From Phyllobates terribilis (taxonomy: Eukaryota): 64,000 nt of DNA. Shown one piece after another: positions 24,903 through 37,184 of this stretch. Below the pieces are notes generated by a model that was given only the letters and a program-made list of their open reading frames with translations, was not told where the DNA came from and searched no databases. The position numbers and the translations under genes are program-made. How positions within the stretch are numbered: the stretch's first letter is position 1; every line of letters starts with the position of its first letter. The stretch is from the NCBI RefSeq assembly GCF_046119375.1, contig NW_027362762.1, positions 494,512,001 to 494,576,000 of the forward strand, in the 5' to 3' direction.

Positions 24903-26140
24903 AGAGAATCTGTCAGCATAATTTTGGAATGTAAAGTAAAGACATGGCTCTAATGGTGCTGAAAAAACTGAATGAATTGATACCCTTGATGAAGACATTC
25001 ACTTTGTGCTTCTTCTTTTATCATTATGTAAAGCTATCTGCTAATTAGATTTTGGTGCACTAGGGCTGGACTGTGCACTGGGTCTTCTCCTCGCAGTCTG
25101 TGATTCCCCTGCCCCTCGGCATGCCTCCAGTCTGTAAATGACAGGTAACTGCTAAAATATCCAACAGAGGAGGCCCGTCATTTAAAGACCTGAGGCAGGC
25201 GGAGGGATGGGGAATTACAGACCTGAGGCAGGCAGAGGGATGGGGAATTACAGACCTGAGGCAGGCGGAGGGATTGGGAATTACAGACCTGAGGCAGGCG
25301 GAGGGATGGGGAATTACAGACCTGAGGCAGGCAGAGGGATGGGGAATTACAGACCTGAGGCAGGCAGAGGGATGGGGAATTACAGACCTGAGGCAGGCGG
25401 AGGGATTGGGAATTACAGACCTGAGGCAGGCGGAGGGATGGGGAATTACAGACCTGAGGCAGGCGGAGGGATGGGGAATTACAGACCTGAGGCAGGCGGA
25501 GGGATGGGGAATTACAGACCTGAGGCAGGCAGAGGGATGGGGAATTACAGACCTGAGGCAGGCGGAGAGATAGGGAATTACAGACCTGAGGCAGGCGGAG
25601 GGATGGGGAATTAAAGACCTGAGGCAGGCGGAGGGATGGGGAATTACAGACCTGAGGCAGGCAGAGGGATGGGGAATTACAGACCTGAGGCAGGCGGAGG
25701 GATGGGGAATTACAGACCTGAGGCAGGCGGAGGGATGGGGAATTACAGACCTGAGGCAGGCGGAGGGATGGGGAATTACAGACCTGAGGCAGGCAGTGGG
25801 ATGGGGAATTACAGACCTGAGGCAGGCGGAGAGATAGGGAATTACAGACCTGAGGCAGGCAGAGGGATGGGGAATTACAGACCTGAGGCAGGCGGAGGGA
25901 TGGGGAATTACAGACCTGAGGCAGGCGGAGGGATGGGGAATTACTGACTGGAACAAAAAGACCCAGAGTACAGTCCGGCCTCTGTGCATTGAAATCTAAT
26001 TAGAAGAAAACTTCACATGGTGATTAAAAAAGAACAACAAAGTGGATTTCTTCACCAAAGGTATCAATGTAACCAGTCTTACAGCGCCATTAGAGCCATG
26101 TCCTTACTTTACATTACAAAATAGTGCTGACAGGTTCTCT
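24903..26140. mobile_element. T2/Kolobok-type MITE containing a 33-bp minisatellite
   Basis: TIR AGAGAATCTGTCAGCA / TGCTGACAGGTTCTCT; TTAA at 24899-24902 and 26141-26144. Confidence 0.85.
25186..25944. repeat. 33-bp minisatellite, 23 units
   Basis: Unit AGACCTGAGGCAGGCGGAGGGATGGGGAATTAC; 759 bp = 23 x 33, with few variants. Confidence 0.98.
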
Positions 26141-26498
26141 TTAAATAGTGCAAAACTCAGGTTCAGGCAGGTAGTTAGCAAGCATCTGCCACTAAGTGCT
26201 TACCCCACGGTAGAAAAAAGAGTCCCAGTTAGCCTCTTTAAGACTGGCATAAGAAACACCAGTATATCAGGGCCAGTGTGTTGTAAGCACTTTTTAATTT
26301 AGTAACTTTATCATCTACTTGACTGATCATGGATTCAATAACTTCCTCTCTTGTATTAAAGAGTGACAATTGAGCTTGTCTGAAGTATTTCAGAAAATTA
26401 GACCTTCTTAATAGTAACCACAGAGACCCTTTTTCAGAGAAATATATTAATAATGGCTTTATATCCGCTTCAGAGGCAGACTGTGTGGGAAAGGTTAA

Positions 26499-26857
26499 CA
26501 GGGAACTTATCAGGCGATTCATGCTGACAAAATCTTGGGTATCATGAAACGCAGTCTGGCTGCACAATTGTGTCTAGATATATTAATCTCTGACCTGCTA
26601 AAGCGTTTCCGAGAGAATATAGTTTGAAGATCCAGTGAGGATCATAGCCAGAGATGAGACTTGTCCAGCTCCGCCCCTCGCTGTCTCTTTCAAGTTTTGC
26701 TGCAGGTGATTGACAGGTCTCTCTCTCATGTGTACATAAGGAGAGATCGGTCAGTGACTTGGCTGAATCTTCAAAGTATATTTTCTCTGAAACGCAAGTG
26801 AGTGAATTCATGCTGCTCACGGTTTGAGCAGCATGGATTGTCTGACAGTTTTTCCCT
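26499..26857. mobile_element. T2/Kolobok-type MITE
   Basis: TTAA|CAGGGAACTTATCAGGCGATTCATGCTG ... CTGACAGTTTTTCCCT|TTAA; homologous to 36841-37184. Confidence 0.65.
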
Positions 26858-28185
26858 TTAATTAATCAGTCTCTCTTCTGGGTTTTTGCTTCTTGGGACT
26901 GTCTGAAAGAATAGTACCTTCAGTGTCTTCATCATCAGAGCTGCCTGATAACGCAGTCCCTCTTTTTGCCAGGGAACATAGCAGATTTGGCTGACATGAC
27001 TTGCTTTTTAAACTTGGGTTGCATATTTTTATCATTCATAGTTTCTATTGTGCTGGTATTGGAGTCCCTGAAACTTTGTGACCCCTGCTTCATTTGTGGA
27101 GAAACATGTTGTGTTAAAGCAACTTGTGTTGTGGACACAGGTTTATCTGCCTATTCTGAGAAGAAACAGGCTTCGTATGTGATACTGCAAGTGAAGGATT
27201 AGGCCCAAATGTGACAATCTCAAGTTTGGAAAAGGGGGGATTTGAGAAAACATCCCATCATACACCCTAATAACACCCCCTTCAGAATTCTTCTTTGGCC
27301 AACTCAATAGTATTCCTAACAAATTGAAAATTATCGCAATATAGGAGAGTCGCAGAAAGCTTGTGAGGGGAAAAAAAGGGTTCAAAATACTCCCTAATTA
27401 ACTTTGCCTCTTGCTAATGTGGGTATAGTCTGAGCCACTACTGTATTCTACTGACAATCACTGGGGACAGCCAGTTTGCCAGGAGATTGCTTATGTATTT
27501 TGAAACATCGAAGTGCAAAAGAGAAACCCCCAAACACAGAGCACTTGTGTCTAAAATTTCAAGAAGCGTAGAATCAGCAGTGGCCATCATTATAGGACCA
27601 ATAAGTCCCTGTGAGCTTCTGAGCTACATTTCTGGTTTGAGATTAGACTTCTGTGACCCACCCAACCTAAAAGGGCATCTGAGGCCTTTCGGACAAACTC
27701 AATTGTAGCCAGATTCATGATTGGCCAATGTAAATCTAGCTTTATGATACACAACTTAGTATATAGTGTATATGTAATGTTTTATATACTGTTTATAAGA
27801 TTCAATATATAGGGCATGATTGGGCACAAACTAAAAAGCAAAAAAATCAAAGCAGGGGTGCTAGCCAAGAATGTACAAACATTGAAAAGCTAAAAAATGA
27901 GAGAACGTGTACCTGAAAAAGAGAGAAAAACTGCACATCCAAAAGAAAATATATAACAGAATTTAGCTTATTGTTACAAAGTCATAGAGTTATAGATATA
28001 GCAAAAAAAGTTTTATAAATAGTTAAAAACACCCTACTGTGTAAAGTACAACACATCAGGACTGGTGTAGTGACCCCCACAGAACAATCAGACCCTCAAA
28101 CAGTGAATAGTCAATTCTCTCTCTCACTCTCATTTTTTTCTCTATCTCTCCCTCTGATGAAAAGTAGTGGTATTTGTAATATATA

Positions 28186-29745
28186 CACTGCTCAAAAAAA
28201 TAAATGGAACACTCAAATAACACATCCTACATCTGAATGAATGAAATATTCTCATTGAATACTTTGTTCTGTACAAAGTTGAATGTGCTGACAACAAAAT
28301 CACACAAAAATCATCAATGGAAATCAAATTTATTAACCAATGGAGGCCTGGATTTGGAGTCACCCCCAAAATTAAAGTGGAAAAACACACTACAGGCTGA
28401 TCCAACTTTGAAGTAATGTCCTTAATGTCAAAATGAGGCTCAGTATTGTGTGTGGCCTCCACATGCATGTATGACCTCCCTACAATGCCTGGGAATGCTC
28501 CTGATTAGGCTGCGGATGGTCTCCTGTGGGATCTCCTCCCAGATCTGGAGTAAAGCATCCGCCAACTCCTGGACAGTCTGTGGTGCAACGTGAAGTTGGT
28601 GGATGCAGCGAGACATGATGTCCCAGATGTGCTCAATCGGATTCAGGTCTGGGGAATGGGTTGGCCAGTGAATGCCTTCATCTTGCAGGAACTGCTGACA
28701 CACTCCAGCCACATGAGGTCTTGCATTGTCCTGCATTAGGAGGAACCCAGGGCCAACCGCACCAGCATGTGGTCTCACAAGGGGTCTGAGGATCTCATCT
28801 CGGTACATAATGGCAGTCAGGCTACCACTGGCAAGCACATGGAGGGCGGTGCGGCCCTTCAAAAAAATGCCACCCCACACCATTACTGACCCACTGCCAA
28901 ACCGGTCATGCCGAAGGATGTTGCAGGCAGCAGATCACTCTCCACAGCATCTCCAGACTCTGTCACGTCTGTCATATGTGCTCAGTGTGAACCTGCTTCA
29001 TCTGTGAAGAACACAGGGCACCAGTGGCGACTTTGCCAATCCTGGTGTTCTGTGGCAAATGCCAAGCGTCCTGCACGTTGTTGGCCTGTGAGCACAACCC
29101 CCATCTGTGGACGTCGGGCCCTCATACCACCCTCATGCAGTCAGTTTCTAACCATTTGTGCAGTCACATGCACATTTGTGTCCTGCTGGAGGTCATTTTG
29201 CAGGGATCTGGCAGTGTTCCTCCTGTTCCTCCTTGCACAAAGGCGGAGGTAGCGGTCCTGCTGCTGCATTGTTGCCCTCCTACGGCCCCTTCCATGTCTC
29301 CTGGTGTACTGGCTTGTCTCCTGGTAGCGCCTCCAGCCACTACACTGACAGACACAGCAAACCTTCTTGCCACAGCTCGCATTGATGTGCCATCCTGGAT
29401 GAACTGCACTACCTGAGCAACTTTTGTGGGTTGTAGAGTCCGTCTCATGCTACCACGAGTGTGAAAGCACAACCAACATTCAAAAGTGACTAAAACATCA
29501 GCCAGAAAGCATTGGTACTGAGATGTGGTCTGTGGTCCCCACCTGCAGAACCACTCCTTTATTGAGTGGGTCTTGATAATTGCCAATAATTTCCATCTAT
29601 TGTCTATTCCATGTGCACAACAGCATGTGAAATTGATTGTCAATCAGTGTTGCTTCCTAGGTGGACAGTTTGATTTCACAGAAGTTTGATTCACTTGGAG
29701 TTATATTCTGTTGTTTAAGTGTTCCCTTTATTTTTTAGAGCAGTG
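28186..29745 (-). mobile_element. Tc1 transposon, full length, degraded (same family as 14675-16247)
   Basis: TIR CACTGCTC(A/T)AAAAAATAAA.GGAACAC, TA TSDs. Minus-strand ORF 28440-28883 carries MVWGGI...LMQDNARPH...SPDLNPIEHIW...GGHTQY; upstream part frameshifted. Confidence 0.95.
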
Positions 29746-30029
29746 TACATACATGACTGCTGTTTCTGAAAAGTGACCTGAAATGGCCAGTATCCTATAT
29801 GTTTTTTTCTCTATTGAATTTACAACTATAATTTACAATGTTTTGTCACAGTAAACTAATTTGAGTGACAGTAGAGCAATATAACTTTAACCGGAATATG
29901 AAAACCTGTTTGACTATCTTTATACTTCTTGAATGCAATGAAAAAAAAATATATGCATCATGATCAATATAGTTCAGGTGGTGATACACAACTGCTTCTC
30001 ATATTGTATTAAAGATGTTGTCTACTGTC

Positions 30030-30610
30030 TGAAAAGTGAACCCTAAATGCTGTAAAATACCTAAAACAATGAACACAGCAGATACTTGCCTTCTCTGGGT
30101 CCAGGGATAGCTGTCTGCCTCTGCTCCCGTGTCAGCATTTCGGCTGCAGCAGTGATGTCTCATCTACGGCGAGTATCACCACTTTAGCCAAGCACTGAGT
30201 TTAGTAACTCTGTGCAGATGTAATGAACGGCTGAGCTCAGTGATTGGCTGCAGCAGTAACATCTCATCTACAGCACGCATCACCACTGTAGCCAAGCACT
30301 GAGCTTAGCAGCTGTGCGGATGGCATGAGTGGATGAGATCAGTGATTGGCTGCAGCAGTGACGTGTCATCTACAGCACACATCACCGCTGTCGCCAATCA
30401 CTGAGCTTAGCAGCTGTGCGGATGGCATGAGCGCCTGAGCTCAGTGATTGGCTGCAGCAGTGATGTGCACTGTTTATGTGACGTTACCTCTGCAGTCAAA
30501 ACACTGAGGCTTATCGGTGCAGCAGATTACAGCTGCTGATGGACTGGGCATTGTGGGTACCTGCTGTGCTTGTTATTTTAGCTATTTTACAGAGTTTGAG
30601 GTCCACTCTC
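30030..30610. mobile_element. MITE with ~102-bp internal tandem repeat (x3)
   Basis: Terminal inverted similarity (GTGAACCCTAAATGCTGTAAAATA / TATTTTACAGAGTTTGAGGTCCAC); CAGCAGTGA...CTCAGTGATTGGCTG repeated at ~30147, 30250, 30353, 30455. Confidence 0.5.
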
Positions 30611-31259
30611 CCGAAAGAGAATAACCCCAGTTACAGCTTATAAGAATGCTATTTGCAGGCTTACTTATGATTCAAGGAAGACTGGGCACACGTAATTCCG
30701 TGTATCTTGGCTATGCCTGATTAAATAAAATCCATATATTATCATAGCATGGTAATTTTTCTCTCCTTACTAAGCAATCAACATCTACAGTAAAACAAAA
30801 TCAAGTACATGATTGTGTGATATCATTGAATATATTCAGACACCAGTAGCTCATTAGGTAAAGCGTTCTGGAGAGTGAATTAAAGACCACAGAAGCATGT
30901 CTGTCAAGTTAATCTGATTGTTTGAGCTTCCTAAGTGTCCTGCTTTTAAAAGGCTCCATCAGATTAGCCGCAGATTGTAAAATGGAAATGATGAAAAGAT
31001 ATTGGAGATCATTTTAGTACAAATGTGTAGCAATACTGATGCAAATCACCATGTCCCAATGTTTAGTATGTATCTAAGTGATTCTTGTATCTTCACATAA
31101 TATATAAGATATTCAAGAATAGAAATAATGACAATTATGTAATTTCTTGTGTAAATAGATTTAGAATCAAACAACTATACAATATTCAATATTTTTAACA
31201 CAAAAATCATTGTTACTGTTATCATAATAATAATAGACAAAATATCTGTTGAAAATTAA

Positions 31260-31673
31260 AGGTAATATGTCACCAGATTTTTGCCACTCAATTCCAACGA
31301 TGCATCACTTACTCGGCTGCTTAGTGTAGTTTTGATGAAATCATTGTTTTATCAGCTGGAAATTACCTTTAGAGGGCTAGTAAGTCTGCAGCCAGGTAGT
31401 CCAACATATTCATGAACTCTGTATTAACCACTGATTGGCAGCTTTCTGTGCATTCAGTACATGGGTTGAAATCTGCCAATGAAAGATGTGGTGTGAGTGG
31501 GGATATACAGAGCTCAGCTTTCAGAGGACTGCTAGATCTACACCAGATAAAACAGTGAGTGTATAAAAATGACAGCAAGCAGCTTAGTAAGTGATACATC
31601 ATTGGAATCAGGGTCTCTATCCCTACATTTTGCTGCTCTCAGATGAGGTAACAAAACCTGGAGATAGATTCCA
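31260..31673. mobile_element. T2/Kolobok-type MITE
   Basis: TTAA|AGGTAATATGTCACCAG ... CTGGAGATAGATTCCA|TTAA; homologous to 11066-11507. Confidence 0.7.
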
Positions 31674-31909
31674 TTAAACAGCGGGGCACAACTGCACTTA
31701 TCAAGCAGCCATCTGTGGGAAGGAGGAAAAATGTAAAGCTAGCCATGACTTTTCCATACACATGCATGCTTAAATTTGCCAATCATGTATGTGGCCGGCA
31801 CCGACACCTGTTGTGGCAGTTTCTCTCTCCTCAAAACAAAAGGATTTGGCAACATGCATAATTTTTCCCCAAAATTATATCTTGGGATTAAATCTGCTCA
31901 ATCTCTTAT

Positions 31910-32091
31910 CTGGGGCATAACTATAATAGGTGCCGGGGTGGTTGCAATCACATCTGGGCACTGGGGACTATGGGGGCCCCAAAGATCCCTTTGCCCTATA
32001 TGAACAGACAATACTATTAAAGACTTGTGTTTGTTGGGGGCCCAATTGGAAATTTTGCATTGGGGCCCACAAGCTTCAAGTCACGCTACTG
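31910..32091. mobile_element. Short hAT-like MITE
   Basis: GGGGCATAACTATA...GGGCCC blocks...GTCACGCTACTG end; left end degenerate. Confidence 0.4.
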
Positions 32092-33260
32092 TCCCGTATA
32101 CATAAAATAGATGGCAGGTTCAGCTGGAACTTAATTGGTTGGTCTAAATGGGACTGGAATGCTGCAGAAGAAGTATTTAGAAATATTATGTATACTTTTA
32201 ACTATTTGGTTATCTTGTAACTCTTTCAGGAAGGATATTTGCTTCTATACTTTTCTAATTATGCAAACCTTAGCTTTATCCATGTCTATGAACAGATTGC
32301 AAGCATAAAAGAATGCTTAATTTTTACTTCTAGTCCATTTAGAATAGGAAATAGTCACTTTCTTCTTACATGGGAGTATGGGCTAAAGATGAGCTTAATA
32401 CAGTGCTTGTACCGAATACATTAGTTTTCAATACATCCGGCCATAGTGCACCACTGAAGCTGCTTTATGCTGCACTTTTATTAGCTCTTTATATTTATTA
32501 GAATAAAAAATGTAGGCTATGCTAGTGTGTACTAGATGGCAAATTTCTTATGGATATAACGTACTATGTATAAAAATTAAACTATGTACAGAGAGTAACC
32601 ATAATCGCCGCAGTAGTTATACAGGCGAGAGTTATTGCTCCCGTATTTGAGAGTTTCAGCGAGACAATCCTTTCATCAAACATGTACAGCTATTGTTTGT
32701 ATCTAAACTTTTCTTTGATCTACTTTGGAAGCTTGAAAAGTGAATGACCTCTGTGGCACATGATGATGGCAGATTTGAGTGCTATGTAAGAGCTGCAATT
32801 TGGGGACCAAAGTAGTCTCGGCACTTGAGAAATCTATGGCTGTAAGCTGAAGGGTTTGTTTTACAGCAAGCAGCTGGTGAAATAAGAGAGTTTGGAAGAA
32901 TGCGACGTCTTCCAGCACATGCTGTTTCTACCTTCGCTGCTAGTCTGATTGCAAAAACTGTAATCAATAAGTGGCAGGCTGAGATAGACTTTGCTACGAA
33001 GTCCCCACTGCGAGGACGAGCACAAGAGCAGCATTCACTCTGTTATGAGATCCTGGACAAGAGTCAGCTGCTGAGAATCAATAGCGACTCTGAACATGCA
33101 TATTGGATGGATTCAGACTCTCAAAATGCTTACGGATTTCTAGACCCTGCTGGATGAAAATGATGCTGATTTTTAGCAACTTTCTTCATTGCTGTGCCTG
33201 CAAAAGTACAGTCCAACTCAGACATGAGAATTAGTTAAAAAACTGCACCAATATAGCACC

Positions 33261-33612
33261 ACTTGGTGTGAGCTAGGGAAACTGATGAGTAGGGATGAGT
33301 GGACACTTGGTGTGGGCAGGCTAAACTGGTGAGTAGAGATGAGAGGACACTTGGTGTGAGCTGGGTAAACGAGTGAGTAGGGATGAGCAGACACTTGGTG
33401 TGAGGTGGGTAAACTGGTGAGTAAGGATGAGCAGACACTTGGTGTGAGCTGGCTAAACTGGTGAGTAGGGATGAGTGGACACTTGGTGCTAGCTGGCTAA
33501 ACTTGTGAGTAGGGATGAGTGGACACTTGGTGTGAGCTGGCTGAACTGATGAGTAGGGATGAGCGGATACTTGGTGTGAGCTGGCTAAACTGGTGAATAG
33601 AGATGAGCGGAC
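33261..33612. repeat. 44-bp minisatellite, 8 units, derived from a MITE junction
   Basis: Units start exactly every 44 bp (33261, 33305 ... 33569). Consensus ACTTGGTGTGAGCTGGCTAAACTGGTGAGTAGGGATGAG(C/T)GGAC. Confidence 0.95.
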
Positions 33613-33883
33613 CCGTGGAAGTTCGAGTTTTGATACCCAACCAAACTTTAGTCCAAAGTTCGGTTCAGGTGCCAGAACTGTACCAAACTTGAACCTGAAC
33701 CCGGACCCCACTGAAGTCAAAGGGGACCCAGAACTTTGGAGCTGGAAAATCTCTCTCCACCCTCCCCGGACTCATGAACTGTAAAACGGACTTCCAGGAG
33801 AAGTCCATGTTCGGAGTTCAGTACCAGACACTAGATGTCTAGTATTAACCCCGAGCTTTACAATCCAGATTCACTCATCTCTA
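33598..33883. mobile_element. hAT-type MITE (same family as 3962-4247)
   Basis: TAGAGATGAGCGGACC / GATTCACTCATCTCTA; perfect TSD CTGGTGAA at 33590-33597 and 33884-33891. Confidence 0.9.
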
Positions 33884-34014
33884 CTGGTGAATATAATTTT
33901 TTACCTCCTTAAACATAACATAGATGTATATAAATACCCTACAGCATATGAACTCTAAAGGCAGACCATGTATGTGCTCTTGGTTTGTCCTATCCCCTAG
34001 CTATGGAATATTAA

Positions 34015-35660
34015 CTCCTTCCTGATGAGGTGATTTTACAATTTTTCAATTTTCTCCTCTTTTACCAAGAGCCATAACTTTTTTTTTATTTTCTTCATTG
34101 GCATATCTTGTGGGATGAGTTACAGTTTTGAATGATAGTAAAGAAAAGTCCAGCTCACTCACCACCAGGTGCGCGGATCACACGTTCTGTGTGTAATGAA
34201 AGGAAAACAAAGAAGCATTCAGCTCCCAAGAGCCAAATAAAATAATGAGTGGCTTTACTGAATAATCCACAAAAAATATGAACAGGACACAGAGTAAAGA
34301 TATGCAACACGTTTCAGAGGAATCATGATCCTTCTTCATGGCATGAAACATACAAAAACAATGACTTTAAATCTACATCAACTCTCATGTTCATTGGGTT
34401 CTAAATGTTTCCATGTGGTTTTCATATCCAATGAACATGAGGGTTGGTGTAGATTTAAAGTCATTGTTTGTGTATGCTTCATGCCATGAAGAAGGATCAT
34501 GATTTCTCTCACGCTTATCTACACTCTGTGTCTTATTCATATTTTTTTGTGGATTATTCAATTAAGCCATCCATAATTTTTTTGGCTCTTGGGAGCTGGC
34601 TGTTTTGTTATTTTCCTCAGTTTAGTATGACACCATTCGCTTTACCATTCGATGTGCTGGAAAACGTGAAAATACTTGCACAAAAATCCCTATTCTGCAA
34701 TTGCCTTTTTTTTGAAAGCATTCATTGTGATGTAAAAATTCTCTTGCAATATTATCCATCAGTTAAGTCCATGCTATTATGACAATACCATTTTTTTTTT
34801 TTTCATTGACGTGGAGAAAAAAAATTAAAAAATGATTAAAAAAAAAAAAAAAAAAATTTCATTTTTATTGCCATTTTCCAAGACCTGTAACATTTTCATT
34901 TTGACACTGAAGGAGCTGTGTTGGGCTTCTATTTTCAATTGCAAGAACACATTTTTTATTTACCATTTTTGGATATATATATGTTTTTTTGAGAAATTCT
35001 TAATGAGTTTTTTTGTGGTTTTGAGTTGTGTTGACAGAAAAAATGCACGTGACTTGCATTTATATTTTATTATATTTATGAAGTTTAGCAATTGGGTTAA
35101 TTAATTTTATATTTTAAAAAATCATTTATTTCTTTTGATTATTTTTAATAGTTATAAAGGAGTTCATTCAAATTTTTATACATTTAGATTTTTGTTATAT
35201 TTTTACAACTTTTTTTTTTACTCTTTGTTTATTTTATAGTTCCTTTAGGGTATTTAAATCGTTCGATGACTTATACAATATAACACAATATCAAAGAATT
35301 GCCTGAAATAGTAAAATTGGGTTTGACACCATTGCGACTGAGTTTCACAGGATGATCAAGACAGCAGAAATGGGGGCCTTCACCTTATGATGGCTGCCAT
35401 GAGTGGTAAATCCCTGGGCATCTTCATGCTAGGCCCGGACTTCTGGCTCTCATAAGGCTCAGGATGGGCATGTGTGTAAGGTCACTACGTCATTATGTCA
35501 AGACGTGCGCCGTGACCTTGAAGGCACATTTGCAGGACCATCCCAGTTTTCATGAGAGATGGAAATCCTGCCTAGTGTGAAGAGGCTTGGGGATTAAGCT
35601 CTCGGTGATGGTGATAAGGAGATGCAACAAGGACTGGAAGGAAGACTGTAAGGTAAGTAT
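34015..35660. mobile_element. Degraded TTAA-type non-autonomous DNA transposon with nested PLE
   Basis: TTAA|CTCCTTCC left end and T-rich internal blocks typical of this class. Right end not found. Confidence 0.4.
34138..34620. mobile_element. Penelope-like pLTR pair in inverted arrangement
   Basis: ~200-bp inverted repeat (~34200-34398 vs 34429-34620) around a 30-bp spacer. The minus-strand copy carries ATGC-CATGAAGA-AGG..CCT-CTGAAAC-GT-GTT-GCAT and ends in GTGAGTGAGCTGGACTTTTCT. Confidence 0.65.
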
Positions 35661-36840
35661 ATGTTTGTCTGTTTTTTTCCTTTTGAGGCCTTCTACTGGC
35701 ATTTTCTGCGCGGAAGTGAATTATGAAAAAAAAATCTGCATTTTGCTGAATGCAGATTTTTGTAATATTCGTGTAGAATTCTGTCCAAATATATTCACTC
35801 ATCTCTACACCATATGTGACAGTTCTGTATTTTTTTTAGTCTAGCAAGATAAATGATTTTTCTTTTCTTGAAAGGACAATTTAACCCTACAACAAACCTC
35901 TTGACCCTGTTGACTTGAAACACACTTTAATCAACGCTCTGTCCCAAAGGCTTTTGGAAGGGTCATGCAATATCAGTGGTGCAGGCGTCGATATTAAGAC
36001 AGATTGGAATAAAGGTGCTGTAAGTCTGCATAGCATCTTATCTTTGTAATTTATTATCGACTGATTTGGACGCAGAGATCAATAATAATATGTATTATCA
36101 TACAATTGATGCTTACGATGCAACTTTTAGCTTTCTTAACAAATGGTTAAGTATATTGAGTATGTTTCATATTACAGTAAAGAATGCAATGGATTATAAT
36201 AGAAACCAATTCTAGTTCTATTTGCCAGATGTATAATACTATTGAAGCCTTGGAAAATTTAGTGGAGCGACGATTTAATTAATAACATTAAACTAAATGA
36301 AAGAAAGCTTGAAAGAAGTTTGATGCTTCAATAATTTCCTTACCTAGCCAATTTCTCTTATTATGAGAAGTTCTTTCGCCTTTACCTGTGGCTCGGCTTG
36401 CCTGCAGTGCTGAGTTATGGGCTTCTCAAAGGACAATAGAAGTGACAGCTCTAAATACTTATGCAGGTGAGAACATTATTCTCACTTTCATTTAGCCGAT
36501 GACATAACATGCTAAGCTAAGGACCACGCTGAGCACAACTAATGGACTTGTGAGAGGAGGTGTATGACACAAGAATTCTCCTCTCTATGTTCTTTGCATC
36601 AGGAATGATTTTATAGGAAATGGAGCACTGGACAACAAGCAATGTAGGATTGATCACCTAATCATCATTTTTAGACAGTTAAAATATTTACTGTATGAAA
36701 CACATGGATACAAATGTTCATTTTACCCAAATGTTCACACCAGAATACTGCCATATAATGCCTTAATAATACCTCCATGCAATATCATATAGTGCTCATA
36801 TAAAAATGGCATATGCTTCACACACAATCTTGTAATTTAA

Positions 36841-37184
36841 TGGGAACCTGTCAGCTGATTCATGCTGTCCAAACCACGAGCAGCATGAATCAGAGACTAG
36901 CTCTGTTACTTTAGTCATTTATGTTTCTCTGTGAAATGTTGCATCATTTTAAAGAAAACATACTTTGGAGAGTCATCTGGTAGTTATCTGACTCGGGTCG
37001 CTAGTTCAAGGTTCCAGTGGCTCCTCCACACAATACTTGACTGACAGGTCTCTTACAATCTACAAACATATAGGAAAAGACCTGTCAGATTAAGGGAGTA
37101 CGGAGAAGTTTCAGTGATTGACACATACTCGCCTAAAATAAAGCTGTGGTTCAGGTAGCATGAATTAGCTGACAGGTTACATTT
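36841..37184. mobile_element. T2/Kolobok-type MITE
   Basis: TTAA|TGGGAACCTGTCAGCT ... AGCTGACAGGTTACATT|TTAA. Confidence 0.7.

Noticed and set aside
25060-25989. 309-aa and overlapping repetitive ORFs (RSVIPHPSACL / MGNYRPEAGGG)
   Set aside because: Translations of a 33-bp minisatellite (a multiple of 3, stop-free) inside a TTAA-bounded MITE; not evidence of a gene.
26200-27150. Large minus-strand coding exon (ORFs 26238-26567, 26542-26820, 26935-27138)
   Set aside because: The middle ORF lies within a Kolobok MITE (26499-26857). After removing it, stops remain in all frames and no protein is recognised. At most a decayed pseudo-exon.
27780-28140. Possible further Penelope-like remnant
   Set aside because: Only a short resemblance (GGCTAGCACCCCTGCTTTGATTTT on the minus strand); no inverted repeat, TSD or ribozyme core.
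5361-29643. Numerous 60-160-aa ORFs overlapping the Tc1 copies in antisense or alternative frames
   Set aside because: Shadows of transposase coding sequence.
33261-33612. Regularly spaced repeats as a CRISPR array
   Set aside because: Units are contiguous with no unique spacers, the context is eukaryotic, and the unit derives from a MITE junction.
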